DNA from: Thermoplasmata archaeon
GTDB lineage: Archaea > Thermoplasmatota > Thermoplasmata > Thermoplasmatales > Thermoplasmataceae
NCBI GenBank assembly: GCA_021817735.1
Contig: JAKAFX010000001.1
Coordinates: forward strand, 1-51,998
DNA: 51,998 nt
Direction: 5' to 3'
Shown: positions 9,451-19,389 of the stretch, piece after piece
Layout: each line of letters starts with the position of its first letter
Numbering within the stretch: position 1 is the first letter of the stretch
Notes under the pieces: generated by a model
The model's database searches: none
Told to the model about the DNA's origin: nothing
What the model saw: the letters and a program-made list of their open reading frames with translations, nothing else
Position numbers and translations under genes: made by a program

Positions 9451-11101
9451 GGAAGAGATCAGGAAACAGGCCATCAAGAACGCATTCCTGCATTCCGGAA
9501 TAGCGGACGCCAAGGCAGTTTCCTCAAAAATATTCGGGGAATTCCCTGAAGCAAGGAAATCGCCGAAGGACACCCTTGCGCTTATTGCAAGAGTTGTGGA
9601 ACAGGTCAACAGCCTGGGCAGGACAGCAGTAGAGGAGATAGTCCAGAAGGAATTTCCTGAATTTCTAGAGAAGGAGGAGAAAAAGGAGGAACACAGGCTC
9701 CCTGATCTTCGTAACGTGAGGGGCAGCGTTGTCATGCGTCTTGCACCATCGCCTTCTGGTCCCCTTCACCTTGGACATACCCGAATGTCCATCCTAAACG
9801 ACGAATACGTGAAACGCTACGGAGGAGAACTTATCCTCAGGCTTGAGGATACAAACCCTGCAAATATAGATCCGGAGGCCTATGAAATGATCCCGGAAGA
9901 CCTTAACAATATCGGTGTAAAGATCCACAGGATCATTATCCAATCAGAGAGAATGGAAATTTATTATGCAGAGGCAAGGAACCTCATAGCAAAGGGCCAC
10001 GCGTATGTATGCTTTTGCGCAGCAGAGGAATTGAGGAAGTTGAAGCTTCAGTCACTGGCATGCCCCCATAGGGATACAGACCCGGAAAAGAGCCTGAAGC
10101 TTTTCGACGACATGATATCCGGGGCTTTCAAGCCTGGTGCTGCGACGCTGGTGATCCAGACAGATCTGTTTCATCCCAACCCGTCCCTGAGGGACTGGAT
10201 AGCGTTCCGAATAAGCCCTGCAAAACACCCAAGGACAGGAGAAAGGTATTATGCCTTCCCGATGATGAATTTTAGCGTTGCAGTTGATGATCACAAGCTG
10301 GGGCTTACCCATGTACTAAGGGGAAAAGACCAGCTCAATAACACAGACAGGCAGAGGTTCATTTTCCAGTATAATGGCTGGACTCTGCCTGAGTATTATC
10401 ATTATGGCATGATCGCCCTTCCGGGAGAGAAGCTGAAGACATCCATCATCAGGAAGGGAATCAGGGAAGGAAAATACACGGGATGGGATGACGTCAGGCT
10501 CAACACAGTAAGGGCTCTGCTGCGAAGGGGATACCAGCCAGAAACTTTCAGGCGTTACTGGATAGAATCAGGACTCAGGGAGATTGATGCTAGTTTCTCT
10601 TGGGATATCTTCAACTCGATGAACCGGGAGGTGATCGACGGTACCTCAAAGAGGCTGTTTTTTGTTAAGGACCCTATTTCTGTAATCGTGCGTAGTGGAC
10701 CTGGGACCGCAGTCAGGATACCATTTCATCCAGAGCACAAGGACCTTGGATTCAGGGAGTTGCAGATGGGCGAAGATCCTGGGATATACATTCAGGCAGA
10801 AGACTGGAACAATCTGAACGACGGGGCCACCGTTCGTCTCAAGGATCTTTACAATGTATCAAGGTCAGGAGAAGGACTGGTATACCAGGTGGACCAAGAA
10901 TTCAACCCCAAGACAACGAAAATAATCCACTGGCTCCCAAGGGGGTCGAATGAATTCAGCGTTATGAAGCCTGACGGCTCAATCGATACCGGCCGGATCG
11001 AAAAAAGCATAGAACTAGTGGAGGGGATATCCCAGTTCGAGCGATATGGTTACGTAAAACTCCAAAAGGACAAGAAGTCAGCGCTGTTCCTGCACAGGTG
11101 A
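9440..11101 (+). CDS. gltX: glutamyl-tRNA synthetase, archaeal type (GTG start, 11-nt overlap with the upstream gene)
   Basis: Class I HIGH motif (PSPSGPLHLGH), RLEDTNP, and a KMSKS-like LKTS. Length of 553 aa is typical for archaeal GluRS. Confidence 0.93.
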   Translation: MVPEEEIRKQAIKNAFLHSGIADAKAVSSKIFGEFPEARKSPKDTLALIARVVEQVNSLGRTAVEEIVQKEFPEFLEKEEKKEEHRLPDLRNVRGSVVMRLAPSPSGPLHLGHTRMSILNDEYVKRYGGELILRLEDTNPANIDPEAYEMIPEDLNNIGVKIHRIIIQSERMEIYYAEARNLIAKGHAYVCFCAAEELRKLKLQSLACPHRDTDPEKSLKLFDDMISGAFKPGAATLVIQTDLFHPNPSLRDWIAFRISPAKHPRTGERYYAFPMMNFSVAVDDHKLGLTHVLRGKDQLNNTDRQRFIFQYNGWTLPEYYHYGMIALPGEKLKTSIIRKGIREGKYTGWDDVRLNTVRALLRRGYQPETFRRYWIESGLREIDASFSWDIFNSMNREVIDGTSKRLFFVKDPISVIVRSGPGTAVRIPFHPEHKDLGFRELQMGEDPGIYIQAEDWNNLNDGATVRLKDLYNVSRSGEGLVYQVDQEFNPKTTKIIHWLPRGSNEFSVMKPDGSIDTGRIEKSIELVEGISQFERYGYVKLQKDKKSALFLHR

Positions 11102-11104
11102 TCC

Positions 11105-11359
11105 CTATTTTGGAGGACTGACTCTTATGAACGGGGGAAAACCCTTGAGGAGTATTACATCTCCTATGGCCTTTATGAGACGGTAAGGTATGGAAATTGG
11201 AGCGCCATTCTCTACCAGCTGGCTGTTCGTCTCATCGATATAGATGCCGTAAATCAGGCTGCGATCAAAATCTATTATGACATCTGAAACCTTGCCTATC
11301 TCGATCCCCTGATGGTTGTACACAGTCCTGCCGGCAATCTGCGATAATGTAGCTTCCAT
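11105..11359 (-). CDS. PRC-barrel domain protein
   Basis: 84 aa. The GRTVYNHQGIEIGKVSDVIIDFD...IPYRLIKAIGDVILL pattern is typical of PRC barrels. Confidence 0.7.
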   Translation of the reverse strand: MEATLSQIAGRTVYNHQGIEIGKVSDVIIDFDRSLIYGIYIDETNSQLVENGAPISIPYRLIKAIGDVILLKGFPPFIRVSPPK

Positions 11360-11443
11360 TCACTGACCTGTATTAAATGCCCCGGAAAAACTTAAATTTA
11401 TCCATCGCCACATGACAGAAGAGTTGACAATCGCTGTGTTTCA

Positions 11444-12010
11444 TCATTTCCTACAGGTTGAAACAAAGCTGGAGAATAGTTCGCGCCCATTCTGTGTATC
11501 ATTAACCTCAGGGTGGAACTGCACGCCGTAAATCGGTCTGTCTCTGTGGAAGAAGGCCTGCACTCGGCAGTTACTGGAGCTTCCAGCAAGTATCAGGGAA
11601 TCGGGGAGCTTCTTGACCTCGTCATTGTGATTTTCCCACGCAGTAAAAGTAGCGGGCAGCGAAGAGAAGATGCCATCATGCCTTGACATCTCTATGATGG
11701 TTCTGCCAAACTCTGGGGTAGACCCCGGTCCAACTTCGCCACCAAAATGGAGCGCTATGAACTGTGCACCCACGCATATGCCCAGGATTGGCACCGAAAG
11801 TTCCTCTATGTATCCGGAGATATTCCCCAACTTGTCTAGTTCCGATACGATGCTTGGAGCCCCACCGGAAAGAACGAGGCCATCCACGCCAGCCAGCTTC
11901 GACGGCTCTGTGGTGTTTGCAATGATTGTGGACTCAACCCCAAAGGACTTTAACTGGCGCCATTCCTTGTGGGTCCACTGACCACCGTTATCTACCACGT
12001 CAATGCGCAT
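11444..12010 (-). CDS. guaAA: GMP synthase (glutamine-hydrolysing) subunit A, class I amidotransferase
   Basis: 188 aa. MRIDVVDNGGQWTHKEWR, nucleophile elbow GICVGAQ, QFHPEV. Confidence 0.9.
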   Translation of the reverse strand: MRIDVVDNGGQWTHKEWRQLKSFGVESTIIANTTEPSKLAGVDGLVLSGGAPSIVSELDKLGNISGYIEELSVPILGICVGAQFIALHFGGEVGPGSTPEFGRTIIEMSRHDGIFSSLPATFTAWENHNDEVKKLPDSLILAGSSSNCRVQAFFHRDRPIYGVQFHPEVNDTQNGRELFSSFVSTCRK

Positions 12011-12013
12011 TGG

Positions 12014-12943
12014 CTATTCCAGACCCGGGATATCCAGTGCCTTGCTTATTTCTTTGTACCTATTCCGGATGGTGACTTCAGTAACACCAGATACTCTTGC
12101 CACCTCTTTCTGCGTCCTTGGCTTTCCCACCAGCACCGAAGCTATATAGATGGAAGCAGCTGCCACGCCTGTTGGGCCTTTTCCAGACGAAATGCCGCTT
12201 TCAATTGATTTTCTCACGATTTCTTCACTTATGACTATGGCCTGCTTGTCCAGATCAAGCTTGTTGCAAAACTGTGCTACATAAGAATAAGGTGTGGTCG
12301 GTTTTAGGTTGAGGCTCAGTTCCTTTGCCAGATGCCTGTACGCCTTTCCAATCTTCTTCTTGTTAACCTCAGACGCCTTGGAAATTTCATCAAGAGTCCT
12401 CGGGAGATTTACCATCCTGCAGGCTGCATAAAGCGATGCGCATACTATGCTCTCAATGCTCCTGCCCCTGATAAGGTTCTTTTCCACTGCTCTCCTGTAA
12501 ACCAGGGCAGCAGTTTCTTTTATATCTTTCGGGATGCCGAGTTTTCCGCCATTGTCATTGAGCATCTGCAGAGCAAGAGACAGGTTTCTTTCGGCTGCAT
12601 TGCTTACTCTTATTCTCTGGTGCCACTTTCTCACCCTGTAGATTTGAGCCCTGTTCTTATGCGGTATCCTCTTGCCATAATAATCCTTGTTTGACCAGGA
12701 AATCTCGGTTGCAAGGCCTTTGTCGTGACTCAGGAAAGTCATTGGTGATCCAGTTCTTGCTCTTCTTTCATCCTGCTCAGAATCGAAAGATCTCCATTCC
12801 GGGCCCTGGTCAATAAGCGAATCCTCCAAAACGATCCCACAATCATTGCAAATCAATTCCCCTCTCTCATAATCCCTGAACAGATGCTCAGAGCCACATT
12901 CTAGACACTTTTTTCCCTGTAAGTCACGTGCAACCGACGCCAT
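12014..12943 (-). CDS. tfb: transcription initiation factor IIB (TFB)
   Basis: N-terminal Zn ribbon CLECGS...CNDCG, B-finger/linker, two cyclin-fold repeats, C-terminal HTH (VSGVTEVTIRNRYKE). Confidence 0.96.
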   Translation of the reverse strand: MASVARDLQGKKCLECGSEHLFRDYERGELICNDCGIVLEDSLIDQGPEWRSFDSEQDERRARTGSPMTFLSHDKGLATEISWSNKDYYGKRIPHKNRAQIYRVRKWHQRIRVSNAAERNLSLALQMLNDNGGKLGIPKDIKETAALVYRRAVEKNLIRGRSIESIVCASLYAACRMVNLPRTLDEISKASEVNKKKIGKAYRHLAKELSLNLKPTTPYSYVAQFCNKLDLDKQAIVISEEIVRKSIESGISSGKGPTGVAAASIYIASVLVGKPRTQKEVARVSGVTEVTIRNRYKEISKALDIPGLE

Positions 12944-13082
12944 CGAAACACCTTTATAGTTAGTTGTTTCCCCACATTGGGATCTTTATTAAACCTTTTG
13001 CTTAAGTATTATGGGGAGTGTTCGCGTTTAAATACATTTCCAGCACGGAGAATATAGCCTGGCTAAAAAGGTTATAATTATC

Positions 13083-13667
13083 ATGAGCGATTGTCTTCCA
13101 ATGAATATTTCCGATGTGAGATCCTACATCGAAGAAGGCCTGAAAGCGAGAAGCAAGATCGATCCTGAACTGGTGCTGCATCTTGGGGAAAAAATGGCGG
13201 AGAGCGTCAAGTCGGGAAACAAGATAATAATATTCGGGAACGGTGGTAGTGCTGCGGATGCTCAGCACATCGCAGCAGAATTTGTTGGAAGGTTCGAGAA
13301 AGAGAGAAGGCCGATACCAGCCCTGGCCCTTCACGCAAATACCTCATCTTTAACGGCAATTGCAAACGACTATGGCTACGAGCATGTCTTTGAAAGGCAG
13401 ATTGAAGCATTCGCCAGGAAAGGGGACGTTGTAATCGGCATATCAACCAGCGGAAATGCACCTAACGTTCTAAATGCAATCACCGCGGCCAGGAGAATCG
13501 GTTGCCTGACCATAGGAATGACAGGATCAAAGGGTGGCAAACTTTCTCAGGCAGCGGAGGTATCCATAAAGATAGAGAGCGACAGGACGTCTATCATCCA
13601 GGAATGTCACATAGCCATAGGGCATATGATTTCAAAGATAGTGGAAGACAGGATCGATAGCATTTAA
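13083..13667 (+). CDS. gmhA: D-sedoheptulose-7-phosphate isomerase (SIS domain)
   Basis: 194 aa. IIIFGNGGSAADAQHIAAEFVGRF...ALALH...TAIANDYGYEHVF...ISTSGNAPNV...QECH matches the GmhA pattern. Confidence 0.88.
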   Translation: MSDCLPMNISDVRSYIEEGLKARSKIDPELVLHLGEKMAESVKSGNKIIIFGNGGSAADAQHIAAEFVGRFEKERRPIPALALHANTSSLTAIANDYGYEHVFERQIEAFARKGDVVIGISTSGNAPNVLNAITAARRIGCLTIGMTGSKGGKLSQAAEVSIKIESDRTSIIQECHIAIGHMISKIVEDRIDSI

Positions 13668-13697
13668 TTTGTGGAGAATATCCAAACCGGCTTAAGG

Positions 13698-14612
13698 ATG
13701 AACAACAAGAGAATCATAGTTACAGGCGGAGCAGGCTTCATAGGTACTAACCTGGTCAGAAAGTTATGCGATAACAACCAGGTGACAGTCGTAGATAATC
13801 TGCATACCGGCTCAGTAGAGAATATCAAGGATCTTGTGGACAGCGGAAAGGTAAGATTCGTGAAGAGCGACGTCAAAAATCTCAGAAAATCCGGCATAGA
13901 TGCGGACGTTGTTTTTCACTTGGGGATTTACTCTGCTTCCCCAATGTACAGGAAGGATCCCCAGCTTGTTTCTGAGGTCATTGCTGGAACCATTGATGTA
14001 CTTGAATACGTCAAGGAAAGGAATGCGAAACTGGTGTTTGCCTCCACCTCATCCATATACAACAGTATTGACCCTCCGCACCGCGAGAACATAATCCCTC
14101 TGGTTACTGATTTCTATACCGAGGCAAGGCTCTCTGCAGAGCGGCTGCTTGAGCTGTATAACAAACTCTTTGGCATCGATGCCCAAGCTGTTAGGTTTTT
14201 CTCGGTCTATGGCAAGTATGAAAAGGCCAAGGAGGGTTATGCCAATCTCGCCACACAGTTCCTTCTTGCAATGAAGCACGACAGGCAGCCGGAAATCTAT
14301 GGTGATGGCACGCAGAGGAGGGACTTCATATATGCAGAGGATCTGGCAGACCTGCTCATAGCAGCAAGCTCAAAGAAAGGATTCAATGTGTATAACGCAG
14401 GCACAGGAAAGAATTATGATCTCAACGAGCTCGTAGCCATGATCAACAGGATGCTTGGGAAGAACATCAAGCCAAAATACGTGCAGATGCCTGTCAAGAA
14501 CTATGTTATGGTGACGCTCGCAGACACGACAAAAATCAAAAAGGAACTAGGGTTTGAGCCAAAGGTGCCCCTAGAAACTGGGTTGGAAATTATCAATAAA
14601 TTCTACAGTTGA
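13698..14612 (+). CDS. NAD-dependent sugar epimerase/dehydratase (extended SDR), variant catalytic motif
   Basis: Rossmann motif VTGGAGFIGTNL directly after the ATG at 13698 (the ORF opens at GTG 13671). STSS...YTEAR stands where SDRs carry YxxxK. Confidence 0.85.
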   Translation: MNNKRIIVTGGAGFIGTNLVRKLCDNNQVTVVDNLHTGSVENIKDLVDSGKVRFVKSDVKNLRKSGIDADVVFHLGIYSASPMYRKDPQLVSEVIAGTIDVLEYVKERNAKLVFASTSSIYNSIDPPHRENIIPLVTDFYTEARLSAERLLELYNKLFGIDAQAVRFFSVYGKYEKAKEGYANLATQFLLAMKHDRQPEIYGDGTQRRDFIYAEDLADLLIAASSKKGFNVYNAGTGKNYDLNELVAMINRMLGKNIKPKYVQMPVKNYVMVTLADTTKIKKELGFEPKVPLETGLEIINKFYS

Positions 14613-14616
14613 TCTG

Positions 14617-15603
14617 ATGAAAGACCGGATGATTATCTCAAGGACTCCGCTACGGATAACGTTTACTGGAGGCGGGACCGATCTCCCTGCATATTTTTGC
14701 GCTAATCCTCCAGGACGAGTTCTTTCAGCAGCAATAGACAAGTATATTCACGTCACTGTCAACAAGAAGTTTGACAACAAGATTAGGGTGAGCTACTCCG
14801 TCACCGAAATAGTCGACAATGTAGACCAGATCGTCCATCCGAGTGTGAGGGAAGCTTTGAGGCTTCTGAACATCGATGGTGGAATCGAGATTGTCAGCAT
14901 TTCTGACATCCCCTCAAGGGGAACAGGTCTCGGTTCCAGCAGTACATTTCTTGTGGGCCTGCTTAATGCACTACACGCCTATAGAGGTGAGTTCGTCTCA
15001 GCAGATGAACTTGGCAGGGAAGCCGTCCAGGTTGAACGAAGGATACTACGTGAACCAGGCGGTCTGCAGGACCAGTACATGGCAGCCTTTGGCGGAATGC
15101 AGATGCTTGAGTTTTATCCGGACTGGAGTGTAAGGAACTCCCCAGTTATCATGAAGGAAGAGTACCGTGAAGCGCTCATGGAGAACCTATTATTGCTCTA
15201 CACCGGGAGGGAGAGGAGTTCGACGTCGATCCATGAGAATCAGAGTAAGGCTGTTGCATACAATGAGAAGATGTACAACAAGATGAAGGATCTCACGATG
15301 AAACTGTTTGGGAAACTGTCATCGGGGGATCTAAATGAAGTTGGGCGAATCATGGATGCAAATTGGCAGCTCAAGAAGGAGCTTGCCGATGGGATCAGTG
15401 ATCCTGAAATTGATCGGCTGTATAACCTGGCCATAATGAACGGGGCACTCGGAGGAAAACTGATTGGTGCTGGCGGGGGAGGTTTTCTCCTCTTTTATGC
15501 ACCAAAGGAAATGCAGCCAGGAATTGTTTCCTCACTTGGACTCCGTAAAGTTGACTTCAAGATTGATTTCCAGGGAAGCAGGATAGTTTTTGTAGGGGAA
15601 TAG
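14617..15603 (+). CDS. hddA: GHMP-family sugar kinase, D-glycero-D-manno-heptose-7-phosphate kinase-like
   Basis: N-terminal IISRTPLRITFTGGGTDLP, GHMP motif PSRGTGLGSSS, C-terminal GAGGGGFLLFY. Sits beside gmhA. Confidence 0.7.
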   Translation: MKDRMIISRTPLRITFTGGGTDLPAYFCANPPGRVLSAAIDKYIHVTVNKKFDNKIRVSYSVTEIVDNVDQIVHPSVREALRLLNIDGGIEIVSISDIPSRGTGLGSSSTFLVGLLNALHAYRGEFVSADELGREAVQVERRILREPGGLQDQYMAAFGGMQMLEFYPDWSVRNSPVIMKEEYREALMENLLLLYTGRERSSTSIHENQSKAVAYNEKMYNKMKDLTMKLFGKLSSGDLNEVGRIMDANWQLKKELADGISDPEIDRLYNLAIMNGALGGKLIGAGGGGFLLFYAPKEMQPGIVSSLGLRKVDFKIDFQGSRIVFVGE

Positions 15604-15703
15604 AAACTCTTCAAGCCGGCTGGGGCTCAGGCCGCGGATCTTCCCGTTGCAATGTGGCTCAACCATTGTAGGTCGTAGTTATATCTGCATAACTGTTCTC
15701 TGA

Positions 15704-16528
15704 ATGACTTACATGATACTGGCATTTGTAGGGAAGGGAGGGGTGGGAAAGACCACAGTTTCTTCCGCAGTAGCGTTGAATCTTTCAAATATTGGTCCTA
15801 CAGCTATTGTATCAAGCGACTTCATGTCATCGCTCAGGCACGTTTTTCCGGAGGACCCCAAGAATCTATCCGTTATAGAACTCAAAGAGCGAGAAGTGGC
15901 CGAAAACTGGAAGCAGAAATACGGAACAGAAGTCATGGCAGTGCTCGATGACTTCGTGGAGGTTGACCAGTGGATGATTGACCATATTGCATACAGTCCA
16001 GGGGTTGCAGAGGAGTTCATGATTTCAAACATAGTGGACCTTGACAAATCTCGAAAATATGATTATGTGGTATGGGACACCGCAGCATCGTCATCAACCA
16101 TGCATTTACTCTTTCTGGAGAAGGAATTCTATGGACACCTAGACAGGGATGTGCAGATACTAGTCAGGATCAAGGATCGATTCAGGTCAAGCAAGACATA
16201 CAGGATCCTTCAGGAGTGGAAGGAACTCGCCAATAACGTCTGGAACGCTCTCCTCGGAACGGAATTCTTTACGGTTTCCACCATGGATGAACTTAGCTTG
16301 ATCCAGGCTGACGAGATAACGAAGGATCTCAAGTCAATGGGACTGGCCGCAAGAGGGGAGATCTTCAACCGTGTCAAAGTAAGGAATGCTGGAAGTTTAC
16401 ATGGAGTAGGGGAATTGCCTGAGGTTGATGGAAACGCGATAGAGGTCGTTCACAAGTTGCAAGGCGAACTGCTAGGGTTCACCGATCGTTTCATTCGACA
16501 AGAGAAAACGCAAAATACCTCATTCTAA
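15704..16528 (+). CDS. ArsA/Get3-like P-loop ATPase, short and divergent
   Basis: Deviant Walker A GKGGVGKTT. SDFMSSL replaces DPAHSL, and DTAASSSTMHLL replaces DTAPTGHTL. 274 aa. Confidence 0.6.
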   Translation: MTYMILAFVGKGGVGKTTVSSAVALNLSNIGPTAIVSSDFMSSLRHVFPEDPKNLSVIELKEREVAENWKQKYGTEVMAVLDDFVEVDQWMIDHIAYSPGVAEEFMISNIVDLDKSRKYDYVVWDTAASSSTMHLLFLEKEFYGHLDRDVQILVRIKDRFRSSKTYRILQEWKELANNVWNALLGTEFFTVSTMDELSLIQADEITKDLKSMGLAARGEIFNRVKVRNAGSLHGVGELPEVDGNAIEVVHKLQGELLGFTDRFIRQEKTQNTSF

Positions 16529-16605
16529 AACATCATTGAAAACCACTCCGTTCCTTGAACAGCAAACAATGGTTGGAAAACATGCAGCGCAACCTAGGTG
16601 CAATA

Positions 16606-16677
16606 TGCGAGAGCCGGGATTCGAACCCGGGTTTAGAGCTTGGGAAGCTCCAGTGATAACCACTACACTACTCTCGC
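16606..16677 (-). tRNA. tRNA-Gly (anticodon CCC), no encoded CCA
   Basis: The reverse complement GCGAGAGTAGTGTAGTGGTTATCACTGGAGCTTCCCAAGCTCTAAACCCGGGTTCGAATCCCGGCTCTCGCA folds by hand into a cloverleaf. Anticodon loop is TTCCCAA and the T-loop is TTCGAAT. Confidence 0.9.
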
Positions 16678-16868
16678 CTCTGGATGATGGAATGAGCCAT
16701 TGGTGATGCCTGAACATTCTATAAATCTGATCACGGCCAATCAAATGCCTGCAAGGGCAAGCAACACGATCAAATCATTAAAACGGGGTGCGTTACTCAA
16801 TATCCGCAGAAAACTAAAAAGTTAAAGGTCTTGAGTTTAAGCAGTGTGAAAAAAATGGGAAGGGGTGG

Positions 16869-18134
16869 CTAATACCAGCCCCTCAGTTTCATTGCGTCTG
16901 CAACGCGCTTCACGGAAATGGTGTATGCAGCTGTTCTTGGATCGACCTTCAACTTCTCCGAAGAGTCAAGAACCTGTTTGGTTGCCTCCGTGAGCTTTTG
17001 GTCAAGCTTGTTGTATACCTCTTCCTCAGTCCAGTAGTAGCCAGACACATTCTGGGTCCACTCGAAGTAAGATACCGTTACCCCTCCGGAGTTCGCAAGG
17101 AAATCTGGAAGCAGGAGTATCCCGTTCTTATGGAATATTTCATCTGCTTCTGGAGTAGTAGGTCCATTGGCCAGTTCAAGAATCACCTTAGCTCGGACCT
17201 TGCTTGCGTTGTCTTCTGTGAGCTGGTTCTCAATAGCTGAAGGGATGAGCACATCAACCTTAAGCTCGAGTAGTTCTTCGTTGGTGATCTTCTTTGAACC
17301 GGGGAACCCAACAACCGAACCTGTTTTCTTCTTGTGAGCCAGGAGATCCTGGAAGTTGATTCCCTTCTCGGAGTAAATTCCACCAGAGGTGTCAGATACT
17401 GCAACGACCTTCGAACCGAATAGTTCCTGCACTAACTTGACTGCGAACTGCCCTGCGTTCCCAAAGCCCTGGATTGCTACCGTTGCCTTTGAAAGGTCCA
17501 TTCCCTTTCTCTTTGCAGCTTCCCTGAGGACATACATACCTCCTCTAGCAGTTGCGTCTCCTCTCCCAAGCGAGCCGCCGATCTCTATAGGCTTTCCTGT
17601 TATTACACCAGGCGAGGACTTCCTTGCTATGTTCTCGTACTCGTCCATCATCCAGGCCATAATCTGAGGGGTTGTGTATACGTCTGGGGCGGGAATGTCC
17701 ACTTCTGGCCCTATGAATTCTCCAACTGCCCTTACATAGGCCCTGCTGAGTCTTTCGAGTTCGCCTGAGCTGAGTTTCTTTGGATCGCAGATGACTCCTC
17801 CCTTCGCGCCACCAAGAGGAATGTTCACGATTGCGGTTTTCCAGGTCATCCATGCTGCGAGTGCCTTCACTGTTGATAGGCTCTCTTCAGGGTGGAACCT
17901 AATGCCTCCTTTTACGGGGCCCCTGGCTGCATTGTAATGCACCCTGAATCCAGTAAAAACCTTGGTCTCTCCCGAATCCATCCTTACTGGAATTCTGAAT
18001 TGAAGAATCTGTTGTGGTTCTCTCAGAAGTTCCAGAGCCTGGCTATCCAGGTGTATCACTTTGGCTGCCTTTTCGAGCTGTCTCACAGCTATATCAAAAG
18101 GATCAAGATCCTCGATAGGTTTCTGTTGCTGCAT
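16869..18134 (-). CDS. gdhA: glutamate dehydrogenase
   Basis: [11 protein letters not shown], catalytic-Lys region PLGGAKGG, dinucleotide fold GFGNAG. Start set at ATG 18134 ([13 protein letters not shown]), not the ORF opening at 18263. Confidence 0.94.
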   Translation of the reverse strand: MQQQKPIEDLDPFDIAVRQLEKAAKVIHLDSQALELLREPQQILQFRIPVRMDSGETKVFTGFRVHYNAARGPVKGGIRFHPEESLSTVKALAAWMTWKTAIVNIPLGGAKGGVICDPKKLSSGELERLSRAYVRAVGEFIGPEVDIPAPDVYTTPQIMAWMMDEYENIARKSSPGVITGKPIEIGGSLGRGDATARGGMYVLREAAKRKGMDLSKATVAIQGFGNAGQFAVKLVQELFGSKVVAVSDTSGGIYSEKGINFQDLLAHKKKTGSVVGFPGSKKITNEELLELKVDVLIPSAIENQLTEDNASKVRAKVILELANGPTTPEADEIFHKNGILLLPDFLANSGGVTVSYFEWTQNVSGYYWTEEEVYNKLDQKLTEATKQVLDSSEKLKVDPRTAAYTISVKRVADAMKLRGWY

Positions 18135-18293
18135 GTTTTCATCTCGCCATTTAAGGCTGGCGGTCATCTCGTGTGCGATATTTAACTTATTCACGGTTAT
18201 ATGAGGCGTACACTGATGTGGATGTTTTATTTTGATGATCGCCTGCACGGCTATGTTTCTCAAGGGTTAAATCAGATGCTTCACTGATCAAAG

Positions 18294-19328
18294 ATGACTG
18301 ATGATTTGCCGGAAGTCAGGCACGGCCATCCCTTCGTAATGTATGAAATGCTGAAGTCAGTTCCAGGAAGTATGTCTGAGATATCTGGAAGTATGGAAGA
18401 CTTCCGTGCCAGCTTCTTAAGAGGCAACCTGAACTTCACTGGGAATGGGACGGCATATCACGCTGCGGCAATTGGATCATATTTCCTGAGAAATTCAGAG
18501 AAAGAGTCCCGGTGCATTCAGGCTTTTGAACTAGAGAAGTATGAGAATATCAGTGGAACATTGGCAGCCGTATCCCACAGTGGAAAGACCAAATCAACCT
18601 TGGATGCAATGATCAAATTCCGGGGAAAGGTGTTGACGGTTGGTATCACGCATGACACTACATCTCCGATTGCACTGAACTCTGATGTTCATATAGCTCT
18701 ACCCAACCGAGATCTGAGTCTCTGCAATACCAGGGCCTTCTACAACAACGCCATAGCCGTGATGCACATTTCCGCTGCCTACTCCGGAATGGACCCAGGG
18801 ATCAGGAAGGCTGTTTCTGACATATCTGAAATTATTTCCTCATGCGAACAGCGTGTCAAGGAAGTTGTTCAAAGGATGAGCATACCTGATCACATATACG
18901 TCTTGGGTGCAGGCCCAAATTACTACTGCGCAAGAGAAGCAGCCCAGAAGATCAAGGAAGCGACTCACATTCCTGCAGAAGGGATCGAGCTGGAAGAATT
19001 CAACCATGGATGTACTGCCGTGATGTCAGAAAAGACCCTTATAGTGCTAATTTGTACGGACACGGTCGAGCAGAGAGCCATGGACATAATACGAGGGGCA
19101 AGACATGTGGGATCTCCCGTCCTGACCATAAACGGTGAGGCAGATGATAATCTCAGCATAAGAACACCAGAATCGGAGGTTCTTTCCCCGCTTTACAACA
19201 TTGGCCCCCTATATTTCCTGGCATATTACTTGGCTTTGAAAACCGGAGTAAACCCTGATCTACTTAGGTTTGACGACCGAAGGTATAGGGACTATGACAA
19301 CGAGGTGTTTCCACCGGGAACTCACTGA
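18294..19328 (+). CDS. tandem SIS-domain sugar phosphate isomerase/deaminase (GlmS isomerase-domain-like)
   Basis: 344 aa with two SIS-like halves (VSHSGKTKST; LGAGPNYYCAREAAQKIKE) and no amidotransferase domain. The exact substrate cannot be inferred. Confidence 0.65.
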   Translation: MTDDLPEVRHGHPFVMYEMLKSVPGSMSEISGSMEDFRASFLRGNLNFTGNGTAYHAAAIGSYFLRNSEKESRCIQAFELEKYENISGTLAAVSHSGKTKSTLDAMIKFRGKVLTVGITHDTTSPIALNSDVHIALPNRDLSLCNTRAFYNNAIAVMHISAAYSGMDPGIRKAVSDISEIISSCEQRVKEVVQRMSIPDHIYVLGAGPNYYCAREAAQKIKEATHIPAEGIELEEFNHGCTAVMSEKTLIVLICTDTVEQRAMDIIRGARHVGSPVLTINGEADDNLSIRTPESEVLSPLYNIGPLYFLAYYLALKTGVNPDLLRFDDRRYRDYDNEVFPPGTH

Positions 19329-19389
19329 GTAACTGAATGATTGAAGCGTAAAGATATATGTGGCTGAATGTGATCTGTGGTGGATTATA

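Noticed and set aside
16683-16713. C/D-box-like string (GATGATGG ... CTGA) just upstream of tRNA-Gly.
   Set aside because: No proper C/D'/C'/D arrangement or guide spacing is present. The C box is imperfect and the C'-like element abuts the CTGA. It is more likely part of the tRNA promoter or leader.
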